This document shows, one piece after another, positions 10,439 through 20,046 of a DNA stretch of 64,000 nt. Under the pieces are notes generated by a model. That model was given only the letters and a program-made list of their open reading frames with translations. It made no database searches and had not been told where the DNA came from. The position numbers and the translations under genes are program-made. Within the stretch, counting starts at the first letter, position 1; each line of letters opens with the position of its first letter. Source of the stretch: Candidatus Poribacteria bacterium (lineage in GTDB: Bacteria > Poribacteria > WGA-4E > WGA-3G); assembly GCA_965215265.1 (NCBI GenBank), contig OZ244048.1:192001-256000 (forward strand), read 5' to 3'.

Positions 10439-11920
10439 ATGAGACTGAAAATTCCTGAACCGCTTTCATCGTGCTTGAGAGAAATTGGAGAAGTAGGCGG
10501 AAAAAGTGTGTACCTCGTTGGCGGATTTGTCCGAGACCTACTTCTGAAACGTCCCAGTTTCGACATTGATATTGTTGTGGAAGGCGATGCAATTCTGATA
10601 GCAGAAGTTATGTGTGAGCGGTGGAATGGAACTTTGCACGTTCATCGGCAATTCGGAACAGCAACCGTTACATCTGAAAATCCAAACTATCCCAAAGTTG
10701 ATTTCGTTACAGCACGCCGTGAAACTTATCAACGCTCAGGAACGTTACCTATAGTGAAACCAGCAACTATCATCGACGACTTGCAGCGTAGGGATTTTTC
10801 AATTAACGCTTTAGGGATACAGTTAGGTGGAGAAGGATTTGGAACTCTCATTGACGAAACGTGTGGCTTAGCTGATCTGAAAAACGGTATCATTCGGGTT
10901 CTCCACGCCCGGAGTTTCTTGGACGATCCAACCCGTATCTTCCGTGCTTTACGATATGCAGGCAGATACGGCTTTAAAATTGCTGATGACGATGAGCTCC
11001 GTATGCAAGAGGCACTTCCGGGGCTGGTAGAGCTTAGCGGCGAACGCATCCGGAATGAAATCAACAGAGTGCTGGAGGAGGAGAATGCTCCCGAAATTAT
11101 CCAACAGTTGGCACAACTTGGCATCTTTGAAACAATTTTCGATGGTTGGAAAATAAGCCCAATGTTTACACGCCGATTTGAGCATACACAGCAGGCATTC
11201 GTGTGGGCATTAGAACATCTCGGAGATGAACTATTTCTCCGTGAGCGCGTTCGGTGGATGGCTCTCTTCGGCAAGGAACTTCCGGTGTATCAGATCGAGG
11301 CGATTAGCTTCAGGTTGGTATTAGAACATCAACTTCGGCGAGTCATCAGCCGTTCCCACGCATCTCAGCACGGTGCCTCCCTTGAAATCACGCAAGCAAT
11401 GAATTGCCAGATTTCACACCGAGAATCCTTATGGAACGCTTTGGAAAAACTCGGCCTTTCGATAGCCCAAGATGCCGCAGTCAAAAATCAAAATGGGCAA
11501 TGGGTAATAGTAGATACCCAAAATAGGAAAACCTACGTCTGTGGAGATGGAAATCTTTATCTAGTCGAAACGCCTCTAACGGCCTATCGGCAGCTGGTAG
11601 ACGCACTTAGGCAATTAACGCCGGCGGCAAAACCCAGTGAAGTTTACCAATTGCTAAAGACTTACCCGGTGGAAGCATTGGTTTTAACGCATCAAAATCG
11701 CAGTGTACCGCATCTGCAACGGAAACAGATAGTAAATTATCTCCTGACGCTGCGGAAAATCCCTTCTCTTGTCACAGGACGAGATCTGATTGATTGGGGG
11801 GAAAAGCCAGGGAATTCTTTTGAACTGCTACTTCAAAGATTATTCGCTGCACAATTAGATGGAAAATTTACAACAAAGTCGGAGGCATATTCCCTTCTCG
11901 AAAAAATGAAAAAAGAGTAA
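10439..11920 (+). CDS. cca: Class II tRNA nucleotidyltransferase, likely A-adding type
   Basis: 'VGGFVRD...DIDIV', intact loop 'TARRETYQRSGTLP', 'RRDFSINA' and 'DDPTR'. Confidence 0.8.
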   Translation: MRLKIPEPLSSCLREIGEVGGKSVYLVGGFVRDLLLKRPSFDIDIVVEGDAILIAEVMCERWNGTLHVHRQFGTATVTSENPNYPKVDFVTARRETYQRSGTLPIVKPATIIDDLQRRDFSINALGIQLGGEGFGTLIDETCGLADLKNGIIRVLHARSFLDDPTRIFRALRYAGRYGFKIADDDELRMQEALPGLVELSGERIRNEINRVLEEENAPEIIQQLAQLGIFETIFDGWKISPMFTRRFEHTQQAFVWALEHLGDELFLRERVRWMALFGKELPVYQIEAISFRLVLEHQLRRVISRSHASQHGASLEITQAMNCQISHRESLWNALEKLGLSIAQDAAVKNQNGQWVIVDTQNRKTYVCGDGNLYLVETPLTAYRQLVDALRQLTPAAKPSEVYQLLKTYPVEALVLTHQNRSVPHLQRKQIVNYLLTLRKIPSLVTGRDLIDWGEKPGNSFELLLQRLFAAQLDGKFTTKSEAYSLLEKMKKE

Positions 11921-12018
11921 TCGCGTTCACAGACTCGTCTCCACAAAACACTCAGGAAATTCAAGTAGCAATTGCAATCTGTGCGATATAATCAAACATT
12001 GTAGAAATAAGATAAACC

Positions 12019-12702
12019 ATGCCTAATTTTAACCCTTTTGAAGCTATTCTTGTTATTACCCAATTCATCATTTTACTAACCTTTCATGAGTGGGGGCATG
12101 CTAAATCTGCCTATATGTTGGGCGATTCGACGGCTCGCGATATGGGACGCATGTCGTTCAATCCAGCCGTGCACATCGACCCGATTGGAACGTTGTTACT
12201 ACCGTTGTTGGGGACACTATTTGGAGGTGCGTTTATTGGCTGGGCGAAACCGGTACCAGTTAACCCTTTTAACCTTAGAAACCCACGAAAAGATTTGATG
12301 CTAATTGCGGCAGCAGGCCCTTTCATGAACATCGTCTTGACTTTCGTGGTTTTGGGAACCCTTAAATTGTTAGAAGTTTCTCTAGATTTTCCGGCCAGAG
12401 GTTCCGAGCTTCAAAGTGAAATTGGTAGACAATTGACTAGGACTGGACGTATTAGTGTATTTTTAGCGGCATTTAACATGCTCCCGCTTTTCCCCTTAGA
12501 TGGATTTAGCGTTTTGAACGGACTACTTCCGGATCGAGCTTCACAGTATTGGGAAAGACTTAGTCCTTACGGTATGCCGATTTTGATGTGTCTTATTTTT
12601 CTACCTTTGCTCATCGGAATCCCGAATCCAGTATTTGGGTTTTTGTCTGATATTAGTGACGGAACGTTTAATCTGATTGCTAAAATCGTGGGGTGGCGTT
12701 AA
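12019..12702 (+). CDS. Site-2 protease (M50) family
   Basis: HEWGH zinc motif, 'AAAGP' and 'FNMLPLFPLDG'. Confidence 0.92.
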   Translation: MPNFNPFEAILVITQFIILLTFHEWGHAKSAYMLGDSTARDMGRMSFNPAVHIDPIGTLLLPLLGTLFGGAFIGWAKPVPVNPFNLRNPRKDLMLIAAAGPFMNIVLTFVVLGTLKLLEVSLDFPARGSELQSEIGRQLTRTGRISVFLAAFNMLPLFPLDGFSVLNGLLPDRASQYWERLSPYGMPILMCLIFLPLLIGIPNPVFGFLSDISDGTFNLIAKIVGWR

Positions 12703-12741
12703 AAAGCGGACTTCGCAATATGTGAAAACTATACGCTAAAT

Positions 12742-13497
12742 ATGTTAGTAGACGTAACACAAACTCTTGCACAGACAACTCCGATCTATTCTGTCAAATT
12801 GGAAGGATTTGAGGGACCGCTGGACCTGCTTCTCCATCTAATTCAGAAAGAGGAAATGGGTATTCACGACATCCAGCTTGCCCAGATTACCGACCGGTAT
12901 CTGGAATATGTGAATCTCATGGAGCAGTTAGATCTTGATGTAGCCTCCGAATTTTTAGTGATGGCAGCGACGCTCCTCCATCTTAAATCGCAGAGCATCC
13001 TCCCCAAAATCATCGCGGATTCAGATTATCCAATCGGTGACAGAGCACAACTAGTGCAGCAGCTGCTAGAGTACAAGCAGTTTAAAGAGGCCTCGCAAGT
13101 TTTAGAAATCTATAGAGAGCATCGCACTGAGGTATACAGCAGACATCCTGAGCTGCATGCAGAATTGGATGACTGTAAGCAGTTTGAGATTAAAGCGACA
13201 CTGTTTAACCTTCTTACAGCTTTTAAAGATGTAAATAATCGGTTTGCTTTTGCTGAACCGGAAGAGGTTTATGAAACAGTCGAAGAAGAAACAATTACTG
13301 TTGAGGACAAGATTGCTTTTATTGAAGGGCAATTGGCAAGTACAGATCAGCTTCTTTTTGACGAGTTGTTTCCGTTATCTGCTGACACTACGGAGCGTAT
13401 TGTCACATTCCTTGCCGTTTTAGAACTGGTTCGGGTAGGAACGATTGTTACTGTCCAAACTGGCCATTTTGAAAGTATATACATCGTTAAACGGTAG
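12742..13497 (+). CDS. scpA: Segregation and condensation protein A
   Basis: 'FEGPLDLLLHLI' and 'IVTFLAVLELVR'. Confidence 0.95.
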   Translation: MLVDVTQTLAQTTPIYSVKLEGFEGPLDLLLHLIQKEEMGIHDIQLAQITDRYLEYVNLMEQLDLDVASEFLVMAATLLHLKSQSILPKIIADSDYPIGDRAQLVQQLLEYKQFKEASQVLEIYREHRTEVYSRHPELHAELDDCKQFEIKATLFNLLTAFKDVNNRFAFAEPEEVYETVEEETITVEDKIAFIEGQLASTDQLLFDELFPLSADTTERIVTFLAVLELVRVGTIVTVQTGHFESIYIVKR

Positions 13498-13627
13498 AAA
13501 GGATTGCTTCAGTCGGTAGGAACTATTGCATCAAACACGATGCATGTGGAGATGGTGCGCTGCAACAGAGATGTACGTGTTGAAAACAGAATGATTCTAT
13601 ATTTAGTTCTAAATAGGAAATTTGCTT

Positions 13628-14386
13628 ATGGATTCTGAAAACATCACAGGTCAAATGCCAATAGACAACCAACCCAGGGTTTCCCTATCTTCTAAGTCCA
13701 TCTTGGAGGCGATTCTGTTTGCGGCGAGTGAACCGATTTCCGTGAAGCAGTTTCGACATGCCCTTCCGGGACTCTCGACACGTGCTATACGGAAAGGGCT
13801 CGCAGAACTTCGTGAAGACTACCGAGAATTGAACCGCAGTTTCCGTCTCCTTGAAATCGCGAACGGGTACCAAATTTGCACCTGCCCTGAGTACTCGGAG
13901 TGGATCCAGAAGTTTTATACCCGGCAGATTAACGTCACGTTATCGCCATCGGCATTAGAAACGCTGGCAATCGTAGCATATAAACAACCTGTCACGCGTG
14001 CTGAAGTTGCCGAAATCCGTGGCGTTAACAGCGATAGCGTCCTCAATTCGCTTGTTGAGAAAGGACTCACTTACATCGCCGGTAGAAAAGAGGGAGCGGG
14101 CCGGTCTTTACTCTTTTCCACGACAGACGCGTTTCTTGAACAATTCGGACTGAAAGATGTCTCGGAATTACCTTCCTTGGAAGAAATTGAGCAACTGCTT
14201 AAAACCTCAAACGGCACAGAACATGCCCAAACCGGGGCAGAACTTTCAGCAAATACAGAATTGTCGACAGAAGAAACCGCTGCTTCTGAGGAAAAAGCAT
14301 TAGAACAAGAGATTGCATTGAGTGAAGTGGATGCCTCGGAATCTACAGAAGGAACTACCGATGCGGAACAGGAGCGTGGTAAATAA
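13628..14386 (+). CDS. scpB: SMC-Scp complex subunit ScpB
   Basis: '[11 protein letters not shown]', '[27 protein letters not shown]'; acidic C-terminal tail. Confidence 0.95.
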   Translation: MDSENITGQMPIDNQPRVSLSSKSILEAILFAASEPISVKQFRHALPGLSTRAIRKGLAELREDYRELNRSFRLLEIANGYQICTCPEYSEWIQKFYTRQINVTLSPSALETLAIVAYKQPVTRAEVAEIRGVNSDSVLNSLVEKGLTYIAGRKEGAGRSLLFSTTDAFLEQFGLKDVSELPSLEEIEQLLKTSNGTEHAQTGAELSANTELSTEETAASEEKALEQEIALSEVDASESTEGTTDAEQERGK

Positions 14387-15714
14387 TGGACTACAATGCA
14401 TGGTTCCAGTGCAGTGAAGGCTGCAATGAATCCTATCCGCTCACCGAAATTGTCTACCGGTGTAAACGTTGTAATGGGCTGTTAGAAGTCAGACACGATA
14501 TTGACAAGTTAAAGCATCGCCAAGCTAAGGAGTGGAAATCCCTCTTTGAAGAACGTTATATGCGAACGAAATATCCCTACGGCAGCGGTGTGTGGGGGAA
14601 AAAGGAACTCGTCTGTCCAACCATTGATAACGAGAACATTGTTTCTATGTATGAAGGTGGGACGAATCTATTTTGGGCGGAACGTTTTGGCGAACAACTT
14701 GGAGTCACCGATTTGTGGATAAAACAGTGTGGAAACAGCCACACCGGTTCATTCAAAGATCTGGGGATGACGGTGCTTGTTTCAATGGTGAAACAAATTA
14801 TTGCAGAGGGTAAAGATATCCGTGCTGTTATGTGTGCTTCAACAGGGGATACTTCTGCTGCCTTGGCGGCGTATGCTTCCGCTGCGGGCATTCCGGCTAT
14901 CATTCTCTTACCGCAGGCGAAGGTCACGCGTGAACAGTTGATTCAGCCCATTGCAAATGGGGCCTTGACGTTTTCTCTGGAAACCGATTTTGATGGGTGT
15001 ATGGAGATTGTCCAAAAACTCGCGGCCCGGGAAGATTTCTATCTTGCAAATTCGATTAATTCAGTCCGTATTGAAGGGCAGAAAACTATCAGCATTGAGA
15101 TAGTCCAGCAGTTTGATTGGGAAGTTCCGGATTGGATTATTATTCCGGGTGGGAACCTCGGTAATGTGTCAGCACTTGGGCTCGGTTTTTTAATAATGCA
15201 GGAGTTGGGTATCATCAATAAACTTCCGCGGATCGCCTGTGCACAGGCGGAGAGGGCGAATCCGCTTTACCGGAGTTACGAAACTGGGTTTACAGAGTTT
15301 CGCTCGATCAGTGCGCAACCGACCCAAGCAACAGCCATTCAGATTGGGAATCCAGTTTCTATCCATCGTGCTATCCGGACTTTGAAGCGCTTTGACGGCA
15401 TCGTAGACCAGGCAAATGAAGAGGAATTAGCGGATGCTGCTGCCAGAGCTGACCGGACAGGACTCTTCAATTGTCCGCATACTGGTGTCGCTTTAGCTGT
15501 CCTCATCAAAATGGTTAAGCGGAAACAGATCTGCCCTGATGAACGGGTCATCGTTATTTCTACTGCGAATGGACTCAAATTCCCCGATTTCAAGGTAGGG
15601 TATCATCATGTTTCCCCCGGCGAACCCCCGCCGCGTTACCTTAACGTGCCCATTGAGTTGCAAGCGGACTATGATACCGTTATCAGGGAGATTGCCACTC
15701 ACCTTGATGATTAG
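14386..15714 (+). CDS. thrC: Threonine synthase
   Basis: '[10 protein letters not shown]', '[14 protein letters not shown]' and 'PGGNLGN'. Confidence 0.95.
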   Translation: MDYNAWFQCSEGCNESYPLTEIVYRCKRCNGLLEVRHDIDKLKHRQAKEWKSLFEERYMRTKYPYGSGVWGKKELVCPTIDNENIVSMYEGGTNLFWAERFGEQLGVTDLWIKQCGNSHTGSFKDLGMTVLVSMVKQIIAEGKDIRAVMCASTGDTSAALAAYASAAGIPAIILLPQAKVTREQLIQPIANGALTFSLETDFDGCMEIVQKLAAREDFYLANSINSVRIEGQKTISIEIVQQFDWEVPDWIIIPGGNLGNVSALGLGFLIMQELGIINKLPRIACAQAERANPLYRSYETGFTEFRSISAQPTQATAIQIGNPVSIHRAIRTLKRFDGIVDQANEEELADAAARADRTGLFNCPHTGVALAVLIKMVKRKQICPDERVIVISTANGLKFPDFKVGYHHVSPGEPPPRYLNVPIELQADYDTVIREIATHLDD

Positions 15715-15849
15715 GAATTTAAGTGTTTGCAGTAGGTATGTAACATGCTTTTACCATGCCCTGCTGTCCGAAATTAAGATAAAATTACAATAAATATCGA
15801 AAATATGCTATAATAAACCTTGATGATTAGAATCAATAGGAGGAGATGA

Positions 15850-17019
15850 ATGCCAGAATTGTATCAGCCTATGTCTGAACATAGGTTTACCTTTGGATTG
15901 TGGACTGTTGGAAATCCCGGCCGGGATCCTTTCGGGGACGTAGTCAGGCCGCCGCTTAAACCTACCTATACCGTCGAGAACTTAAGCAAATTAGGGGCTT
16001 ATGGTGTCAATTTACACGACAATGACTTAGTTCCTTTTGATGCTTCTCCTGCCGAACGCGATCAGATTGTTAAAGAATTCAAGCAGGCGTTGGATGACTA
16101 CGGCATGAAGGTGCCGATGGCAACAACTAACCTCTTTTATCATCCGATTTTTAAAGATGGAGCGTTTACCGCGAATGATCCGAAGGTGCGTGCATTTGCC
16201 ATCCAAAAAACGCTCAATGCCATTGATCTCGGTGTAGAACTTGGTGCGCAGACTTATGTTTTTTGGGGTGGACGTGAAGGTGCAGAAGTTGATGCTGCCA
16301 AAAATGGTCCTGATACGATTAAGTGGAATCGCGAGGCGATGAACTTTTTCACACACTACGTCAGGGACCAAGGCTATAATCTCCGCTTCGCGTTAGAGGC
16401 AAAGCCTAATGAACCGCGCGGCGATATCTACCTACCTACGACCGGACATATGCTCCACTTTATTGAGACGCTCGACCATCCGGAAATGGTTGGCGTTAAC
16501 CCGGAATTCGCACACGAGACGATGGCCGGGTTAAGCTTCCTCCATGGCGTTGCACAAGCTTATGAAGCTGGAAAACTGTTCCATATAGATTTGAATGATC
16601 AGAAGATGAGCCGGTTTGACCAAGATTTACGTTTCGGGTCGGAAAACATCAAGGGCGCGTTCTTCCTCGTCAAATTCCTTGAAGATGTCGAATGGACTGG
16701 CTGCCGTCACTTTGACGCACACGCCTATCGCACCGAAGACGAAGAAGGCGTCTGGGACTTCGCCGCCGGATGTATGCGTAGCTATCTTATTTTGAAAGAG
16801 AAGGCACGCAGATTCAACGAAGATGCCGAAATTCAGGACATTCTGGCGGAATTACAAGCGCGCGATGAAAAACTAGAATCGTTGATCAGTACCTATAATG
16901 CCGAAAACGTTGGAAAACTGAGGAAAATTGATTTCAAGCCCGATGAACTCGCACAGAAAGGACTCGGTTACGAGAAACTTGATCAGCTCACCTTTGAGAT
17001 TTTGACCGGTGTTAGGTAA
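15850..17019 (+). CDS. xylA: Xylose isomerase (short, class I type)
   Basis: 'FTFGLWTVG...DPFG', 'FWGGREG', '[10 protein letters not shown]', 'NPEFAHE' and 'DQDLRFG'. Confidence 0.95.
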   Translation: MPELYQPMSEHRFTFGLWTVGNPGRDPFGDVVRPPLKPTYTVENLSKLGAYGVNLHDNDLVPFDASPAERDQIVKEFKQALDDYGMKVPMATTNLFYHPIFKDGAFTANDPKVRAFAIQKTLNAIDLGVELGAQTYVFWGGREGAEVDAAKNGPDTIKWNREAMNFFTHYVRDQGYNLRFALEAKPNEPRGDIYLPTTGHMLHFIETLDHPEMVGVNPEFAHETMAGLSFLHGVAQAYEAGKLFHIDLNDQKMSRFDQDLRFGSENIKGAFFLVKFLEDVEWTGCRHFDAHAYRTEDEEGVWDFAAGCMRSYLILKEKARRFNEDAEIQDILAELQARDEKLESLISTYNAENVGKLRKIDFKPDELAQKGLGYEKLDQLTFEILTGVR

Positions 17020-17067
17020 TATAGCACAGTCTATAAGGCTATCTTAAGAAAACTCGGAGTTTTGCTT

Positions 17068-18972
17068 ATGAACACGCTCATTGTTGCAATTTTGAGTTTT
17101 GTTGGATTCATTGTTGCTTATCATACTTATGGCAAATGGTTAGCAAGAAAGATTTTCGGATTAGATGTACAAGCAAAGGTGCCGAGCGAAGAGTTACGGG
17201 ATGACGTAGATTACGTTCCGACAAAGAAAGAGATCATCTTCGGGCATCACTTTACCAGCATTGCAGGAACAGGTCCTATAGTTGGTCCTGCCATCGCTGT
17301 CTTTTGGGGATGGCTGCCCGCATTGCTGTGGGTTATCCTCGGCTCGATTTTTATTGGTGCTGTACATGATTTCGGTGCACTGGTTGTCTCACTACGCAAC
17401 CGTGGACAGAGCGTCGGTGAAGTCGCGGGCAGAATGATTGCGCCGCGTGCCAAAATCCTCTTCCTTTTTGTGCTTTTTATGGGGTTAACCATTGTTCTTG
17501 CTATTTTCGGACTGGTTATCGCCCTCATTTTCTCCTACTACCCAGAATCAGTACTATCGGTCTGGGTGGAAATTCCGCTTGCTGTACTTATCGGTGTCTG
17601 GATCTATCGGAGAGGTGGGCATATCTTGTTTCCTTCCATCATTGCGCTCGGTATAATGTATATTGCTATGGCGATTGGTGCATACGTTCTCCCGATCGAT
17701 CTCGGGCACTGGTTAGGCATTCCGTTGCTTGGGCAGACTTACATAAGCGTTGTTGTGATTTGGACGTTAGTACTTTTTATATACTGCTTTATTGCATCCG
17801 TGCTGCCGGTATGGACACTTCTTCAACCGCGCGATTTTATCAACAGCCATGAATTGGTGTTAGCACTACTGCTGTTGGTGTTAGGGCTTGGTGTTGCTGG
17901 ATTAACAGGCCAAGCAAATTTAACGGCCTCTGCCCCTGCTATTGCCTCGGATATTCCGCCTGATGCACCGCCGATTTGGCCGTTCCTCTTCATTACAATA
18001 GCCTGTGGTGCTGTGAGTGGTTTTCACTGCATGGTGAGCTCTGGTACTTCCAGTAAACAGATTGCTTCAGAGGGGGATGCACAATACGTTGGTTATGGTG
18101 CGATGTTGCTGGAGGGTGGGCTTGCCGTTGTCGTTATCCTCGCTTGTTGTGCTGGCATTGGCATGGGGGTTTTCAATCGGACCGGCACCGGTGCGACGTA
18201 TACCTTCCAACCTATTGTCCGAGCAGAAAGTTCGCAACCTATAATGCATCAAGATGCATGGCGCACACGCTATGCAACGAGCAAAACAGTGGAAAACCCC
18301 GATGGAACAACTAGTCTCAAAGGGGGTTGGGCGAGTCATAACCTCAAAGCGAAAGTAAGTGCCTTTGTCGATGGCGGCGGGAATTTCCTCAGGAGCCTCG
18401 GCATTCCGCTCAAGATGGGCATTGCAATTATGGCGGTGCTTGTTGCCAGTTTCGCTGCCACCACGTTGGATACAGCGACGCGTCTCCAACGTTACGTAAT
18501 CCACGAGTTAGCACAAACCGCTAATATCAAACCTTTAACCAATCGTTACATTGCTACGGCTTTTGCGCTCGTGCTTGCGGCTGCTGTTGCCTTACTGCAG
18601 GGATCTAGCGGCCCCGGAAGCGGTGGCTTGACACTCTGGCCTCTCTTCGGTGCAACCAATCAACTCTTAGCTGGACTTGCATTCATGGTAATTGTCTTCT
18701 ACCTTCTCCGCCGCAATAAGCCACTCTGGTTCGCACTGCTACCAATGCTAGTTATGTTGGTGATGCCTGCCTGGGCAATGCTCCACCAAATGTTCAACCC
18801 ACAGACAGGTTGGCTCTTTACTGAACAGTACCTGCTCTTTGGATTTGGTGTTGCTGTGGAGGCACTACAGGTCTGGATGATAGTTGAAGGTGTCATCGCG
18901 TGGCGAAATGCACGCGGGAATTATCCAGAACTTCCACCTTTGAAAACCCTTGTTACTGATGCTCCAGGGTAA
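17068..18972 (+). CDS. cstA: Carbon starvation protein A (peptide/pyruvate transporter)
   Basis: 'GHHFTSIAGTGPIVGP', 'ITIACGAVSGFH' and 'WPLFGATNQLLA'. Confidence 0.93.
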   Translation: MNTLIVAILSFVGFIVAYHTYGKWLARKIFGLDVQAKVPSEELRDDVDYVPTKKEIIFGHHFTSIAGTGPIVGPAIAVFWGWLPALLWVILGSIFIGAVHDFGALVVSLRNRGQSVGEVAGRMIAPRAKILFLFVLFMGLTIVLAIFGLVIALIFSYYPESVLSVWVEIPLAVLIGVWIYRRGGHILFPSIIALGIMYIAMAIGAYVLPIDLGHWLGIPLLGQTYISVVVIWTLVLFIYCFIASVLPVWTLLQPRDFINSHELVLALLLLVLGLGVAGLTGQANLTASAPAIASDIPPDAPPIWPFLFITIACGAVSGFHCMVSSGTSSKQIASEGDAQYVGYGAMLLEGGLAVVVILACCAGIGMGVFNRTGTGATYTFQPIVRAESSQPIMHQDAWRTRYATSKTVENPDGTTSLKGGWASHNLKAKVSAFVDGGGNFLRSLGIPLKMGIAIMAVLVASFAATTLDTATRLQRYVIHELAQTANIKPLTNRYIATAFALVLAAAVALLQGSSGPGSGGLTLWPLFGATNQLLAGLAFMVIVFYLLRRNKPLWFALLPMLVMLVMPAWAMLHQMFNPQTGWLFTEQYLLFGFGVAVEALQVWMIVEGVIAWRNARGNYPELPPLKTLVTDAPG

Positions 18973-19200
18973 GTGGAATGAATCTCTCTTTTCTATCGGT
19001 GCGGTCCCCTACTCTGTAAAACCCAGGCTGACAGAATGTCCGTCAAAGATGAATCAACGATCTGAAAGGGCGAAGCCTCCAATTCTGCTCTGAAATATGT
19101 CTTGAGAAAGAAGTGGATATAGCTCGGCACTCCTAACGTAAAATTATCGCCGGTTTCCAAGTTCCTTCCATTGTGCGATTTTAAGAGATAGTTATCATTT

Positions 19201-19686
19201 TTAGTCGTTTGGTTCTGATAGTTTACGTGCTGCAGCTAAATATAATTCTTGGCCTTGCTTCTGAAATGGGCATGACTTAACTGGATTGTCAGGGAATTTT
19301 GAGAACAAAGCCGTTTGACTAACCTCATCAAGGTCTAATGGATATCCTAACTGCTTGATTTCTCCCAAGTAAGCGAGGCCCCAGTATTCAAGATCGAACA
19401 TGAAACAGTGGATGTAACACAGAACTTCAATGTTTTTTAGCGTCGCCCCGGTTTCCTCTAGTAGTTCACGGTGAGCAGCTTCCTCGGCCGATTCCCCCGG
19501 TTCAACCCTTCCTCCAGGTAACATCCAGTTTTGATTCTCACGCCATTTGCAGAACAGGATGCAATTTTGCTGATGGGCGAGACAAACCACAAACTGGATT
19601 TGCCCTATGTCTGCTGGTGGCTCTCCCCAATAGAGTAACATATTTCCTGCTTGTCCTTCAATTTTTTGAACCGTTTTTTTTCGCAC
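19201..19686 (-). CDS. NUDIX hydrolase
   Basis: Nudix box 'GGRVEPGESAEEAAHRELLEETG'. Confidence 0.9.
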   Translation of the reverse strand: MRKKTVQKIEGQAGNMLLYWGEPPADIGQIQFVVCLAHQQNCILFCKWRENQNWMLPGGRVEPGESAEEAAHRELLEETGATLKNIEVLCYIHCFMFDLEYWGLAYLGEIKQLGYPLDLDEVSQTALFSKFPDNPVKSCPFQKQGQELYLAAARKLSEPND

Positions 19687-19943
19687 TACCGTCTGAAGTT
19701 CCTTTCATTGTTATTAATCTGTGAGACAGATTCCACAGTTTTCCGTATTTTGGAATAAGCAGCGTATACGCCGGTCCGGAAAGTTCGAAACAGACATCTT
19801 TGACAAAAAGTGCCGGATGTCCTCCTAAAAGGCGACAGGTGGCATGCGTTTTTTTCCTCAAAACTTATACTTTTTATTTATAATAACACATCCGTGAATT
19901 ATTTTCAAGCAGAGATAAATCAGGCGGAGAAAAAAGAGAAAGA

Positions 19944-19985
19944 GGTGTGATGGCATTCGGCACACGGCCTACTCACCATCACACC
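19944..19985 (-). terminator. Stem-loop downstream of the FGE-domain gene, probable intrinsic terminator
   Basis: 10-bp perfect inverted repeat GGTGTGATGG/CCATCACACC followed on the minus strand by a pyrimidine/T-rich tract; the 22-nt loop is large. Confidence 0.5.
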
Positions 19986-20046
19986 CCGGGTTTTATCTTT
20001 GGCTGTTCATAAGCCTATCTGCATGCGGATCGGAACGGGTAAAGAT

